IMG/VR virus record: IMGVR_UViG_3300028172_000069
Strand: one strand, 5' to 3'
From: a virus
Lineage: Duplodnaviria; Caudoviricetes
DNA: 64,000 bases
Position 1 is the stretch's first letter, and every line of letters starts with the position of its first letter. Of the stretch, positions 31,004 through 41,467 are shown piece by piece. A program made the translations under genes and the position numbers. The notes beneath the pieces were generated by a model. It did no database searches, was not told the DNA's origin, and saw only the letters and a program-made list of their open reading frames with translations.

Positions 31004-32221
31004 TTACGTGACATTGCGCAGCCACGACGTGTTGCGACCATAGCCGAACTTCGTGGTAGGTGCGTTGATAACAGACAGGCGACCCAGTTGGCGGCTGCCG
31101 TCGATGAACTGTCCACCTTGCGAACCATCACCAGAGTTGACGCCAGCGCGGGCGAGCAGCTTCTTGGCAGGCTTCACATGGTTGTCGAGGGCAGATTCGA
31201 TACGACCCAGAGCAGACTCAATCGCAGGCGTACGGTCCACGTTCAAGCTCACGGTCTGACCCGAGAAGTCGAACGCCATTGCACCTTCTGCTTGAAGCTG
31301 TGCGCCAAGCGCGTAGTAGGCGCTGCACTGCAACCAACCGTCGAAGATCAGGCCCTGCATGTTCGTGCCTGTGAAGGACGTCAATTGTGGCGGGAACGAG
31401 TTAAACAGGTTCAGGCCACGGGCGAGATACTCCAGCAGGTCGCTCTGCGTGTAGTCCAGCTCAGGGATCACGTTGCTCAGGCGCGCCTTGTTGATGTACT
31501 GCTCCAACGATGCGCAACCCACGAGAATCTGAGGTGTGATGACCCAGACCTTGAAGGTGTACATGGTCGGCGTGAACGCTTTGAGCGGCGTGTGTTCGAC
31601 AGTCAGCAGCAACGGCTCCAGCTTCGGCAGACCAGCAGCGTTCGGCAAGCGTACCATCGTGCGATTGGAGAAGCACTCCATCGCTACGCCAGCGTTATCC
31701 CAAGGCAGGTTGACCATGAGTGGCTGGTTGTTGCGGTACAGGCTGAAGGTGAGCATATCACCAGCGACTGCAGGTTGTGCTGGCGTACCCTTGCGTGGGT
31801 TTGCTTCGACCTTCTTCTTACCCTTGTTGAATGCGAACGGGAGCGCCACGTTCAAGCTGGAACCATCACCGTAGAGCACGACGATATCACCAGTGCGCTC
31901 TTCGGAATCGGGGCTGACCTGAATGCCATGAGTGATGCGGTACGACTCACCGTCGTTACCCTTCATGATCCAGACAGCTTTGAGCTCCACTACATCAGTG
32001 AGGCCCATCATCGGAATCGGAAGGTCTGCACGCCAAGCGCCAGGCTCACGCGCATCGACCGTCGCAATAACCTCTGCGATGATCGACTTGTCCGTGTCGT
32101 ACAAGCGTACCAGAGGGCCCGCCGTATCGTTTGCTGGATGGACTGGCTGCTCAAACTCGTCGAGGATAACCTCGATAATCGGCAGCGTGACGCCCTCCAT
32201 GCACTTATGGATGTTAGCCAT
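31004..32221 (-). CDS. putative neck/head-tail adaptor-like structural protein
   Basis: ATG 32221 overlaps the upstream stop; C-terminal FDFSGQTVSLNVDR recalls adaptor proteins. Function inferred. Confidence 0.45.
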   Translation of the reverse strand: MANIHKCMEGVTLPIIEVILDEFEQPVHPANDTAGPLVRLYDTDKSIIAEVIATVDAREPGAWRADLPIPMMGLTDVVELKAVWIMKGNDGESYRITHGIQVSPDSEERTGDIVVLYGDGSSLNVALPFAFNKGKKKVEANPRKGTPAQPAVAGDMLTFSLYRNNQPLMVNLPWDNAGVAMECFSNRTMVRLPNAAGLPKLEPLLLTVEHTPLKAFTPTMYTFKVWVITPQILVGCASLEQYINKARLSNVIPELDYTQSDLLEYLARGLNLFNSFPPQLTSFTGTNMQGLIFDGWLQCSAYYALGAQLQAEGAMAFDFSGQTVSLNVDRTPAIESALGRIESALDNHVKPAKKLLARAGVNSGDGSQGGQFIDGSRQLGRLSVINAPTTKFGYGRNTSWLRNVT

Positions 32222-33143
32222 TGCCTTTACCTGTGCAAATGTCGAGAACGATGCGCTCAACGTTAACGGCTACACCAGCGTCAATGTCGTGGCGATCCAT
32301 GGATGAAACGAAAGGCGCAACGAGACTACTCACCGAAGTGGGTTGTTTCTGCACCATGTCCAGTACACCAGAACGCACGATGTGCTGGACTTCTTCAAAG
32401 AAGGGCTTGACGTTGGGATCGTCGATCTTCTTGAAGAACTTCGTCTGATACGTCAGGAAGTAGCGCACGAATTCATCACTGGTGTCCAGCTCCAGAACAT
32501 CAGGAGCCCTATCCCAGAACTCACGCGCATACTTCCAGTCTTCCCATGGGTAACGCCACATCATCTGCGGGATGGTCTTGAAGTACAGGTTGTCGTGGAT
32601 CAACTTCACGTCGTCGCTACGCAGGCTGAAACTGTTTCGATCCAGCGCAATCGCTTTGGTGAAGCCGCCACAAATCTTGTACAACCATTCCAGCTGACGG
32701 CGCAGGGTGTTGTTCAGCCTGCACTGCACGCACAAATCAATCGGCAAGTTGATCGTCAGGTAGTCGTGACCTTCTTGCAGGTTCGGACCCCAGAGAGCAG
32801 TCATACCTGTGTTCCAGATGATCTGGCGGGGCAGCGCGAACTCACGTTGACGGCGCGTCATGGCGAAGGTGAATGACACGGGTCCTCTGCGCACGCGCGC
32901 ATGTGGCTTGAGCATCGGACCGTAGCTCATATCCGTGAACCCGCTGAACACGTTGACCAGAGTGAACGTGGTATCACGAACCTTCACCGTTGGGCTATTC
33001 TCCAACTCCTGTTTCAGGTAGTCGAGGATGGGCTTGAACAGGATGTTGTGGGCGCGGTAGTTGAACGTCCCTATGTAGGACGAACCACCCCACGGCCATG
33101 CTGACAGTCGAAACGACAGCGGGTCAGGGAAATGTTGGTACAT
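32214..33143 (-). CDS. hypothetical protein
   Basis: 309-aa ORF in the operon. Confidence 0.7.
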   Translation of the reverse strand: MYQHFPDPLSFRLSAWPWGGSSYIGTFNYRAHNILFKPILDYLKQELENSPTVKVRDTTFTLVNVFSGFTDMSYGPMLKPHARVRRGPVSFTFAMTRRQREFALPRQIIWNTGMTALWGPNLQEGHDYLTINLPIDLCVQCRLNNTLRRQLEWLYKICGGFTKAIALDRNSFSLRSDDVKLIHDNLYFKTIPQMMWRYPWEDWKYAREFWDRAPDVLELDTSDEFVRYFLTYQTKFFKKIDDPNVKPFFEEVQHIVRSGVLDMVQKQPTSVSSLVAPFVSSMDRHDIDAGVAVNVERIVLDICTGKGNG

Positions 33144-33145
33144 GA

Positions 33146-34198
33146 TTAGCCTCGCTGGGTAATCACGAACTGCCAGTGCTTGTCTTCGGTCCAGGTGCTG
33201 TGCAAGCGATTGGAACGACCCAGCTTGCGACGAACTTCAACATCGGACGCGATGACGGCGAAGATTTCAGTCTCCTGCGCAGGTGTCTTCTTGTTGAACT
33301 TCACCCAAACGTTGATGGCAGTTTTGCTGATCTGCACATCCTTGACGAAGTCCAGTGCCTTGAGAGCTTTGGTGATGCGTGTTGCATCGACCTTGAACGC
33401 AAGAGCACCTGTGACGGCCACGACACCTTCGGACGCGAACAGGAAGCGCACGTCGTTCTTGATATCCTTGACCGCATCGCCCACGTCATAGTTGAACGGT
33501 GCTTGGAACCGATCAAGGATGTTGACGTGTGTGGTCAGCACGTATTCGCGGCCGACGACAGCGAGCGAGCAGGTGACCACAATCCAGAGCTTGGACTCGG
33601 TGTACTCAGTCGCTTCGTGGTACTGGACGAAGTCGATGCGGTCGTCTTCACTACCAACGAGCACCATTGGGTCGAGAGCAACCTTGGTGTCGGCGTACAC
33701 GCTCAGGAAAGCGTTGACCGCGTCTTGTGCCTTCTGGAACTCTTCTGCCACTTCACTTGGGATGTGCTTGTTGGCAAAGTTCTCCACGGCCTCGAGAGCG
33801 TTGTTGTACTCTTCGGTCATGGCGGCGTGCTGGGCAAAGATTGCCTTGGCAGCACGCGAGTTGTTCGGGTTGTCGGAGCGCGACAGCTTGGTGACGATGC
33901 GATCCAACTCGTCAATGTCGTCGCTGTCCTGCAGTGCGCCGATGTGAGCTTTCAGCTTGGTGAAGCTGGGTGCCTTGAACGAACTCAGACGCAGGCCACC
34001 ACCAGTCTTGATGCCGTCACCTTCGGTCACGTCGATCTTGTAGTCACCAGCGGCCGTTGCAGTGTTGCGACGGAAGCCGAACAGGGACTTCATGAAGGAG
34101 CGCAGACGCGCGGTGATTAGCCGATACTTCGGCATCTTCTTGGTGGCATAGTCAATGAGCTGCTGGTCGCTCATGCCTTCAATATCAATGGCACTCAT
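33146..34198 (-). CDS. hypothetical protein
   Basis: 350-aa ORF in the operon. Confidence 0.75.
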   Translation of the reverse strand: MSAIDIEGMSDQQLIDYATKKMPKYRLITARLRSFMKSLFGFRRNTATAAGDYKIDVTEGDGIKTGGGLRLSSFKAPSFTKLKAHIGALQDSDDIDELDRIVTKLSRSDNPNNSRAAKAIFAQHAAMTEEYNNALEAVENFANKHIPSEVAEEFQKAQDAVNAFLSVYADTKVALDPMVLVGSEDDRIDFVQYHEATEYTESKLWIVVTCSLAVVGREYVLTTHVNILDRFQAPFNYDVGDAVKDIKNDVRFLFASEGVVAVTGALAFKVDATRITKALKALDFVKDVQISKTAINVWVKFNKKTPAQETEIFAVIASDVEVRRKLGRSNRLHSTWTEDKHWQFVITQRG

Positions 34199-35196
34199 GG
34201 CTTCTCCAGTATGGAATTCATTTGGGTTACTTGGGAGCGCGACAGTGCCAGCATCTTGGTCAAGCGATTGAGCGCACGTTGGTCAATCACTTTGCGCTTG
34301 GCGATGATGAACTGCAGGCGCTTACTGCCCGGCTCATTGTTGAAGCGGTGGAGAATCTCCATGGGCTTCTGAGCCAAGGCAACCTTGATCAAGGGCAGGA
34401 CCGCGCGCAGGATATTGCTGATATCGACTGGACGAACGGCCGAGTCTAACCACAGGTTCAGGGAATCCGTGATATCGACTTTGGTGACGCCTTCAATGCG
34501 CAGCAGTTTCTCTTCCTTGGGCTTGGGAGCCGCAGCAGACTGATAGTTCAGCGTGCCTTTGAGGAAGTAGTTGAGGTCTTTGGTCGACGACACTGGGATG
34601 TTGTCTGTCTCGACGAAAGGCGAATACGGGAGGGAGACATAGAACTGGCCGTCTTCTTCCTTGAGCTTGATGCAGACCTCAGGCGATACGAACCCGCTAT
34701 TGGCGCGCACGTCACGGGCGACAAAAGCCACATAAGTGGCATCTTGGTCTGCCATGTGGATCGAATACAGCTTCTCGCACAGCGGGCGCAGGAAGTCGTG
34801 AATGACATTGGCTAGGTCATTCATGCGTTCGCCAATCAGCGGCCGTGAAGCCGAGTTGACTCTGGAGATTAGCGTCCGCTTGAGGTCAAGCAGATCAGCG
34901 TTGAGAATTCGGATAGCGGAGATACAGCGCTCGCGCTTGGCATCGTTCAGATGCTGCACCATAGACATGGCGCATTGCAGTTCAGCTTGCGTCTGCAACA
35001 CCCAACTGAGGCTTTCATACAGCTTCGACAGCGGGCCGAATTTGACTTTCGTCCGCTCGGTGCTGTTGAGAGTTTGCTGAGCACGCAAGGCAGTATTGAT
35101 CCGACCAATGACAGTGATTAGCTCATTGGCATTTCGAGCCTTACGAATGTCCACGACATTCTGGCTGGTATCAATTGACTTTGGTTGTAGTTGCAT
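34195..35196 (-). CDS. hypothetical protein
   Basis: 333-aa ORF preceded by the GCTAATTT motif at 35229-35236. Confidence 0.75.
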   Translation of the reverse strand: MQLQPKSIDTSQNVVDIRKARNANELITVIGRINTALRAQQTLNSTERTKVKFGPLSKLYESLSWVLQTQAELQCAMSMVQHLNDAKRERCISAIRILNADLLDLKRTLISRVNSASRPLIGERMNDLANVIHDFLRPLCEKLYSIHMADQDATYVAFVARDVRANSGFVSPEVCIKLKEEDGQFYVSLPYSPFVETDNIPVSSTKDLNYFLKGTLNYQSAAAPKPKEEKLLRIEGVTKVDITDSLNLWLDSAVRPVDISNILRAVLPLIKVALAQKPMEILHRFNNEPGSKRLQFIIAKRKVIDQRALNRLTKMLALSRSQVTQMNSILEKP

Positions 35197-35254
35197 CGGA
35201 ATGCTCTGCCACGTTAGTTCGTGACAATAAATTAGCGATTTGGACCTCAGAAAC

Positions 35255-35293
35255 GAAAATACCCAGGCCTCTGTTAGGAGACCCGGGTATTTT
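35255..35293 (-). terminator. intrinsic terminator
   Basis: AAAATACCC...GGGTATTTT inverted repeat after the histone-like gene. Confidence 0.7.
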
Positions 35294-35317
35294 GGTGTAG
35301 CTTAGCCGGCGCGGGAA

Positions 35318-36322
35318 TTAACCGCGGGCGACTTTACGCGCGCGAGTCGAGGTCTTCGCGGCTGGTGCTTTTGCTGCGGTCTTGACGGCTTTCTTGGCCG
35401 GAGCTTTTACTGCCTTGGTGGCGGCCGCTTTGGTCGCTTTCTTGGCAGGAGCTTTAACGGCTTTGGTAGCCGCGGCTTTGGTAGCCTTCTTGGCCGGAGC
35501 CTTCACAGCTTTCTTGGCTTCGGTCTTGGCAGCAGGTTTAACTGCTTTCTTGACTTCGGCTTTGATTGCCTTCTTCACCGGAGCCGACTTAACGGCTTCT
35601 TTTACGGCTTTCTTGGCCGGAGCCTTGACTGCCTTGGTGGTCGCTGCCTTGGCCGGAGCCTTGGTGGCGCGAGTCTTTTTCGCTGGAGCAGCGGCAGCAG
35701 CAGGAGCAGCCTTCACCTTACGGTGCGGGTTGGCGCCTGGGTGCTTTTTCGCCAGCTTCGACTTGATGCTCTCGATGGTCTTCTTGTGCGAAGCCGACAG
35801 CTTGGTACGCTTGGTAGCCAGCTTGGCTTTGGCCGCGGCGAACTTGGTGCGCAGGGCAGCAGCTTTCGCTTTGCGCTTGTCAGCCGGCAGGCCTTTCAGA
35901 GCAGCGCGAGCTTGCTTGTACTTCGCGGACAGTTGCTTGCCAGCGGCGGACAGAGCGGTGCGAGCGGACTTGGCCTTTTCGCGAGCCTTGCCAACGGCTT
36001 CTTTCGACTTCGACTTGGCAGCGCCGTGAGACTGCTGCTTTTTGAACCAGGCGCGGTACTCTTTGGCGGCAGCGCGCGGGTCGCGGCCTTCTTTCTGAGC
36101 GCGGCGGATGGCGCGTTTTTCACCGGCTTCCAGGCGCTCGGCCGGGGTGCGGGTTTTGCGCTCGGTACGAGCTTTGGCGTTGGTGGCGGCTTTGGTCGAT
36201 TGGCGAGCTTGCTTGGCTTTCTTGGCCTTGGCTTTCGCTTCTGGACTGTTGTCCACTTTGACCATCTTCGGCTTGGCGAACTTACCAGCCTTCGGGTCTT
36301 TTACGGCACGGGTCTTTGCCAT
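35318..36322 (-). CDS. histone H1-like / AlgP-like Lys-Ala-rich DNA-binding protein
   Basis: SD GGAG before ATG 36322; dominated by K/A with tandem KKAVKAPA / KKATKAAAT repeats; has its own promoter motif and terminator. Confidence 0.85.
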   Translation of the reverse strand: MAKTRAVKDPKAGKFAKPKMVKVDNSPEAKAKAKKAKQARQSTKAATNAKARTERKTRTPAERLEAGEKRAIRRAQKEGRDPRAAAKEYRAWFKKQQSHGAAKSKSKEAVGKAREKAKSARTALSAAGKQLSAKYKQARAALKGLPADKRKAKAAALRTKFAAAKAKLATKRTKLSASHKKTIESIKSKLAKKHPGANPHRKVKAAPAAAAAPAKKTRATKAPAKAATTKAVKAPAKKAVKEAVKSAPVKKAIKAEVKKAVKPAAKTEAKKAVKAPAKKATKAAATKAVKAPAKKATKAAATKAVKAPAKKAVKTAAKAPAAKTSTRARKVARG

Positions 36323-36494
36323 TTTGGCAATCTCCATCTGGGTAAGGGTTGTATTTTGCATCGAGGACGCAGGACACAACCTTAGCGCCAAGGTATGCAA
36401 GTCTCTCGATGTAGAAAAAATTAGCATTATCTACAGCAAGAGACGAGCGCACAGAGAAAACCCAGGAATGTTTTTGGAATGTCCTAGGAATCTC

Positions 36495-37556
36495 CTAGGA
36501 GTCCGTTTGGATTCCCAAGGAGTTCATGGCATCCCGTACTAAATCCCGGGCATACTTGATTTCCTTCTTGTTGTGGCCGGCCGCCGCCAAGTAATCCTTC
36601 AGGCCGTGGGTAGGTTTCACCCGTGGACGAGCAACCACCTCACCAACGTGTTCCACAATCTCCCCATCGTCCGTCTTCTTGGCCTTGGTCTCGGCGTTGA
36701 AGAAGCCACCGGTGATGTTCGGGTAGTTGATTCGCAGGTCGGCCGGGATCAATACGTCAGGCGCAATGAGGAGCTTGTACCTGATGTTGTTGTCCTGCCG
36801 AAGCTTGGCAAAGTCGGCCGGCGATTCAATCAACACGGTCTCCAGTCGGAAGTTCGGCTGGTTGTCGATGAACCGATGGCGGAACTGCATTTCGTTCTTT
36901 TCGCACTTGGCCTTGAAGTGGATGAAGCCCTTCGGTAGGCTCTCACCGAAGTTCTTCTGGAACGGGTTACCGTTGAACACAACACGTCGGGACTTGATGT
37001 GCTGGTACTGGTGGATGTGGCCACTGATCGTGAAGTCGCGCTTGTGGGCTGCGAACTCATGCTTGGTCTTCAAGGAGCGACCGTTGTCACCGATTGCTCC
37101 ATTGTATTCGACGTGGGCGAAGTTCAACGCGCCTTCCTTCTCGGTCAGCGTCTCGTAACACGGCCATGCACAGAAGTTGACCAACTGTCCGTCGATCCGA
37201 TCCTGATCAGGCTTCAGGAAGATACGGAACGATTTGAAGAACTTGTGCTCACACAACAACTGGAGCAGGTCGCAGGACGTCGTGGTGGAGTCACTGCGAT
37301 CGTGGTTGCCGCCGATGTAGTAGCTGTTCAGAATCCCGTCGTACTTCTTCAAGAACAGGAGCAGCGACAGGTAGGTGGACTCCGGCATGTGCGGCGTGTC
37401 GGAGATATCACCTGGGATGAAGACGTGCTGAATGCCTTTGGACAGCGCGTACTTGTAGATTTTCTCCACCTCTCGGAGCTGTCGTTGGACAGCATCCAAG
37501 AAGTGCTTGTTCATCCCGTCAAGGTGCCAGTCGCTGGTTGAGAGAGCTTCGAGCAT
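36495..37556 (-). CDS. SbcD/Mre11/gp47-like metallophosphoesterase nuclease
   Basis: SDWH, PGDISD, GGNHD, FAH and GHIH motifs. Confidence 0.88.
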   Translation of the reverse strand: MLEALSTSDWHLDGMNKHFLDAVQRQLREVEKIYKYALSKGIQHVFIPGDISDTPHMPESTYLSLLLFLKKYDGILNSYYIGGNHDRSDSTTTSCDLLQLLCEHKFFKSFRIFLKPDQDRIDGQLVNFCAWPCYETLTEKEGALNFAHVEYNGAIGDNGRSLKTKHEFAAHKRDFTISGHIHQYQHIKSRRVVFNGNPFQKNFGESLPKGFIHFKAKCEKNEMQFRHRFIDNQPNFRLETVLIESPADFAKLRQDNNIRYKLLIAPDVLIPADLRINYPNITGGFFNAETKAKKTDDGEIVEHVGEVVARPRVKPTHGLKDYLAAAGHNKKEIKYARDLVRDAMNSLGIQTDS

Positions 37557-38428
37557 TATGCGGTATCCGTGGAAATGTATGGGAGCTGGAAGTCCACATC
37601 ACTCAGGAAGCCGGCCGCGTTCTCATGGCCAGAGCCAAAGAACTCCTCAGCAATGCGCTGAGCGACACCGTTCGTTTGTGGTGCAGATCGTACACTCCAT
37701 TTACGCTTTCCATCGCCCCAGTCTTCGTAGGCAATCGCCACCATGTGAATCGGCAGTAGCGAGTCCAAGACCAAGGATTGCAGCACGCGGTTGCAGTTCA
37801 CGACAGGGACCATGTAACCTTGCAGTGAAGCAAAGCGTGCCTTCGACGTGATCTGCGGGATTGCCGTGTTGCTGATGAAAGCGTGGACGGAACGCCCGGC
37901 AAGAACGAGGTTGTTCACTTCCTTGTTGTCGAGAATGAGCGAGGTCCAGTACGCAATGGTCTGTTCCTTGGTCATCACGCCGTAGAAGAAGTAGTCGTCC
38001 TCGATTGTCTTGTGAACGTGGAGGTCGTGATTGCGCACCAGCTCCACAACCTTCGGCATCGGGTTCTGCGTGTAGTGTTTCCACGTAGCCGACGCACCAG
38101 ACTCATGGCTGTGATACGCCACTGTGATCTTGTCCTCGTTGGCCTTACACAGCGCTTCAAGAATCGGCACCGCTTTCGCGTGGTGGTCGATCACCGTAAG
38201 GTGCTGGCAAGTGTCGAGGATATTGAGCATCATGCCCAGGTCGTCATGGCAGAAATCTACCATGATTACCTCTGCACCGTTGGGAATCTCAGGCAGAGGT
38301 ACCTTGTAGTTCACGGGATGATACGTGATGGTTGGATCACGTTCAAAGTAAGACACAACGGCGGCGGCCATGATGCCGTCATTGCATTCTGCGTGGTAAA
38401 GAACGACCTTGGGCATGATAGACCTCAA
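37556..38428 (-). CDS. DHH/DHHA1 phosphoesterase (NrnB-like)
   Basis: YHAECNDG, VDF, IDHH and GSGHENAAGF motifs. Confidence 0.88.
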   Translation of the reverse strand: MRSIMPKVVLYHAECNDGIMAAAVVSYFERDPTITYHPVNYKVPLPEIPNGAEVIMVDFCHDDLGMMLNILDTCQHLTVIDHHAKAVPILEALCKANEDKITVAYHSHESGASATWKHYTQNPMPKVVELVRNHDLHVHKTIEDDYFFYGVMTKEQTIAYWTSLILDNKEVNNLVLAGRSVHAFISNTAIPQITSKARFASLQGYMVPVVNCNRVLQSLVLDSLLPIHMVAIAYEDWGDGKRKWSVRSAPQTNGVAQRIAEEFFGSGHENAAGFLSDVDFQLPYISTDTA

Positions 38429-39153
38429 CTCTTGGCTACGATGGCGCGCATGTAGTTTATCTCATACGCGCTGATGCCATAGCGACGGGCTAGGTCATTC
38501 GACTCCCCGCCTTCACGCATAGCCTCCTTGTAGATCAAGGCGGTCTCGGAAGACAGGATTTCGTTGAGCCGTGCGCGCTGCTTTGGCGTTAATGGACTTC
38601 CCTTCAACTTATCCAGGTTGTTGTTGAGTGTCACCAGTGTCCGAGTGGAGCACATCCAACCACAGACGAGCTCCTTGATCGGAGTTTGGTGCGTAGCCCT
38701 GGGAAGCTGATAGATGAATGTCATCAGTTGGTTGAGCAGAGTCCGCAGCGTCTTCACTTCATCCACCGACGCTTGAACGATATCGAACCCAGTGCGCGCA
38801 AGCGTAGTGGGCTCTACATCCAAATTGAGATTCAGAGGAGAGCACTCAAAGCCGTCGATGTGAATGTCACCGCCGATTTTGAAATCCATACGCGGGATGT
38901 TGAAAGCGCTAAGCGCAATTGGTGTATCGAACACTAGGAAGGTCACATCCTTGAAGGAAGCGTGACAAACCAGATTACGCCGTAGGTCCTTCAAAGAGAA
39001 CGCGACGACGTACTGGACGCCGTCAGGTTTCTTTTTAGGCAGCTTTCCTTCGGGCTCGATCATCAGAACGTGGCTTCTTTTTACGCCCTTTTCTCGATTC
39101 AGCCTCACCAGCACTTCGTCTGGCGCGTGGCACCCGAAGCTCACCATCTTCAT
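38425..39153 (-). CDS. hypothetical protein
   Basis: SD GGAG before ATG 39153; overlaps the SbcC tail by about 119 nt. Confidence 0.6.
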   Translation of the reverse strand: MKMVSFGCHAPDEVLVRLNREKGVKRSHVLMIEPEGKLPKKKPDGVQYVVAFSLKDLRRNLVCHASFKDVTFLVFDTPIALSAFNIPRMDFKIGGDIHIDGFECSPLNLNLDVEPTTLARTGFDIVQASVDEVKTLRTLLNQLMTFIYQLPRATHQTPIKELVCGWMCSTRTLVTLNNNLDKLKGSPLTPKQRARLNEILSSETALIYKEAMREGGESNDLARRYGISAYEINYMRAIVAKS

Positions 39154-41461
39154 TGTAGTTCTCCATGACCTGTGAAACGCCTTTGTGTTTGACAACCGTC
39201 AGGTACGCGCATTCGGTGTACAGGTGTTTATCCAGAGGAGTAATCAGGAACACATGCGGCACCAGCGAACGCAGTGCTGGCAGGTAGCGCTCAACGAACA
39301 ACGACCGAGTGGTCGGGTCCATGTGGCTATCTGGTTCATCCAGTACGGCGAAGTTTGTACGACGATCATCTTCCACCATAATGAGCATTACAAAGAACCA
39401 GAGCAACCTGAAACAGTCACTCTCGGCACCAGAGAGCAAGCGGACGTCAGTCGGCTTCTTCCCGTTGCCACGGTCAACGATGCAATGCACACCATTCTCC
39501 TTTGCGAAGACGTTGAACTTGAACGGCTCGGCAAAGATCAGGTGGGAGTTGCGATTGAGTTGCTCCTCGATCTGGAAGAGAATCTCGTTCGCGGCGTTTA
39601 CTTTCAAGCCCTTGGCGGAGTACGCCTTCTCCAGCGACTTAATGAGGTCGCGTTGAGCAATGATGGGCTTCAGGTCTTCCAGCTTCACAAGGGCGTCGTT
39701 GCGCTCGCGCTTGAGCACCTTGAACTCACTGGCTTTGGAACCGTAGGAGCTTACAATGTCCTGCGCACGGCTGTACTTGCGCTCGACTTTTGCATACCGC
39801 TGCTTTGCCTCTGCTAGCTTATTAGACAACGAATCTACATCAATAGTTCCGTAATCTTCCAATAAACTTTCAAGCACGGAGTCGATGCGTGCAATCTCCG
39901 AGTGATCTTCCAGCATGGCGCGTAGGTCCTTCCGAGTGTAGTTCGGAATCGCCTTAGGCTCCTTCGGCTGTTTCAGTTCACCCAGTCGATCTTTCAACTT
40001 CTGCGCTTGGCGGGCATCGTTCAGCTTCTCACGGAGCTCGTCAAGCTTGGCATCGCGCTTGCGATACTTCTCACGGCGCTCAACGAACTCTTCCTCGTTG
40101 AACTCCAGCTTGCGGCTTTTGGTACGCAGTTTGGCGAGCACCACGGCGGCGTCAGCGATCTTGATGGACCGCTTGGCTTCCTTGATCTTGCCTTTCGCCT
40201 GATCAATCTGCTTCCTGAACTTCTTGACGTTAACCGTCTGCTGGCAAGTTGGACACTCACCATCTGCACAGTCATCGACAATCGAAGCCAGTTGCATCAC
40301 AGGTTGGTATTGCAGGAGCACGCGCTCGAACTCGGCAGTGCCGAATGCGACAGCAACGTTCACCTCTTTGAGCTTACCACCAACGGCCTTGTAGGCTTCT
40401 TCCGCCTCTTCCAAGTCTTTGGCGATCTGCTTGACCTGCTGGCGCTTGCTATGCGCTTCGGTCAACCACTCTTCTTCCTTCTCCAGCTCCTTCTCGATCT
40501 TGGCCATGTGCGCCTTTAGCACAGCAGGCGCGCTCACTTCACCGATTTCGGTAAGCTGGTTGGTGTATTGCTTAACCTGAGCGCGGAACGACTTCAGGTC
40601 GGACTCGTACTCGGCCAGGTCTTCGTGCAGTTGCAACTCGGCCTGTGCAGCTTTGCGTGACAGCTTGGGCTTGAGCTTCTTCCGTTGCTTCTTGAGCTTG
40701 GAGATTCGCTCGCTTGCGGCGATGGCACCCTTGAGCTTTTCGATCTTGGAGTGCAGCTTCTTGGATTCGTCACCCAGCGCCTTGATGACACCACGTGCTT
40801 CTTCCAGCTTCTCCGCCTTCTCCTTGTCCCAGTCGAGACGTTCGAGGATGCCGTTGATTTTCACCAACTGCGCATTCACCACGTCAAACTCGACCTGCTT
40901 GTTCTTGATTTCGCCCAGCTTCTGGGTGAAGTGCCGCTTCAACCGATCGTACACGTCCAGTTGGAACAGCGAGGTGATGTACTGGAGACGCGCCGCTGGC
41001 TTGTCGCTTTGGAACGACAGCGGGCGTTGCGACTGCAGGTACACATACGAATAGAACTCATCCTCAGTCAGCGGGAAAATCCGCTCAATCTCCTTCTTCT
41101 GGAGAGGGATGGTTCTGACTTCTTTGTCGGTGCCGTCACATTCAATGATGAACTTGGAATTTGTTTGAGTGATCGAATAGGGCTTGCCGTCATTTCCGAT
41201 AAGCCCAATTCGGATGCTCGACTTCGCCGTCTCAAGCATATCTTTCTTGCTTTTGGTGGTGGCGAGGGGAGCGGCTTCATAACGAAGGTTTGGCACAGAG
41301 GACAACAGCAGGGACTTGCCCGCACCGTTGCTGGTCTCTGTGGAAATGCGACTATCCTTATTATGGCCAGTGATGACCGTAAAAGGATGTCGGGTAATGT
41401 CCAGTTTCACTTTTTTGAAGTTGACGACGTCGGTGAGTTCAACGTCAGTCAGCTTGAGCAT
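39035..41461 (-). CDS. SbcC/Rad50/gp46-like ATPase
   Basis: NGAGKS Walker A, coiled coils with CPTC zinc hook, LSGAE signature, LDEPD Walker B. Confidence 0.93.
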   Translation of the reverse strand: MLKLTDVELTDVVNFKKVKLDITRHPFTVITGHNKDSRISTETSNGAGKSLLLSSVPNLRYEAAPLATTKSKKDMLETAKSSIRIGLIGNDGKPYSITQTNSKFIIECDGTDKEVRTIPLQKKEIERIFPLTEDEFYSYVYLQSQRPLSFQSDKPAARLQYITSLFQLDVYDRLKRHFTQKLGEIKNKQVEFDVVNAQLVKINGILERLDWDKEKAEKLEEARGVIKALGDESKKLHSKIEKLKGAIAASERISKLKKQRKKLKPKLSRKAAQAELQLHEDLAEYESDLKSFRAQVKQYTNQLTEIGEVSAPAVLKAHMAKIEKELEKEEEWLTEAHSKRQQVKQIAKDLEEAEEAYKAVGGKLKEVNVAVAFGTAEFERVLLQYQPVMQLASIVDDCADGECPTCQQTVNVKKFRKQIDQAKGKIKEAKRSIKIADAAVVLAKLRTKSRKLEFNEEEFVERREKYRKRDAKLDELREKLNDARQAQKLKDRLGELKQPKEPKAIPNYTRKDLRAMLEDHSEIARIDSVLESLLEDYGTIDVDSLSNKLAEAKQRYAKVERKYSRAQDIVSSYGSKASEFKVLKRERNDALVKLEDLKPIIAQRDLIKSLEKAYSAKGLKVNAANEILFQIEEQLNRNSHLIFAEPFKFNVFAKENGVHCIVDRGNGKKPTDVRLLSGAESDCFRLLWFFVMLIMVEDDRRTNFAVLDEPDSHMDPTTRSLFVERYLPALRSLVPHVFLITPLDKHLYTECAYLTVVKHKGVSQVMENYNEDGELRVPRARRSAGEAESRKGRKKKPRSDDRARRKAA

Positions 41462-41467
41462 GTTCGA

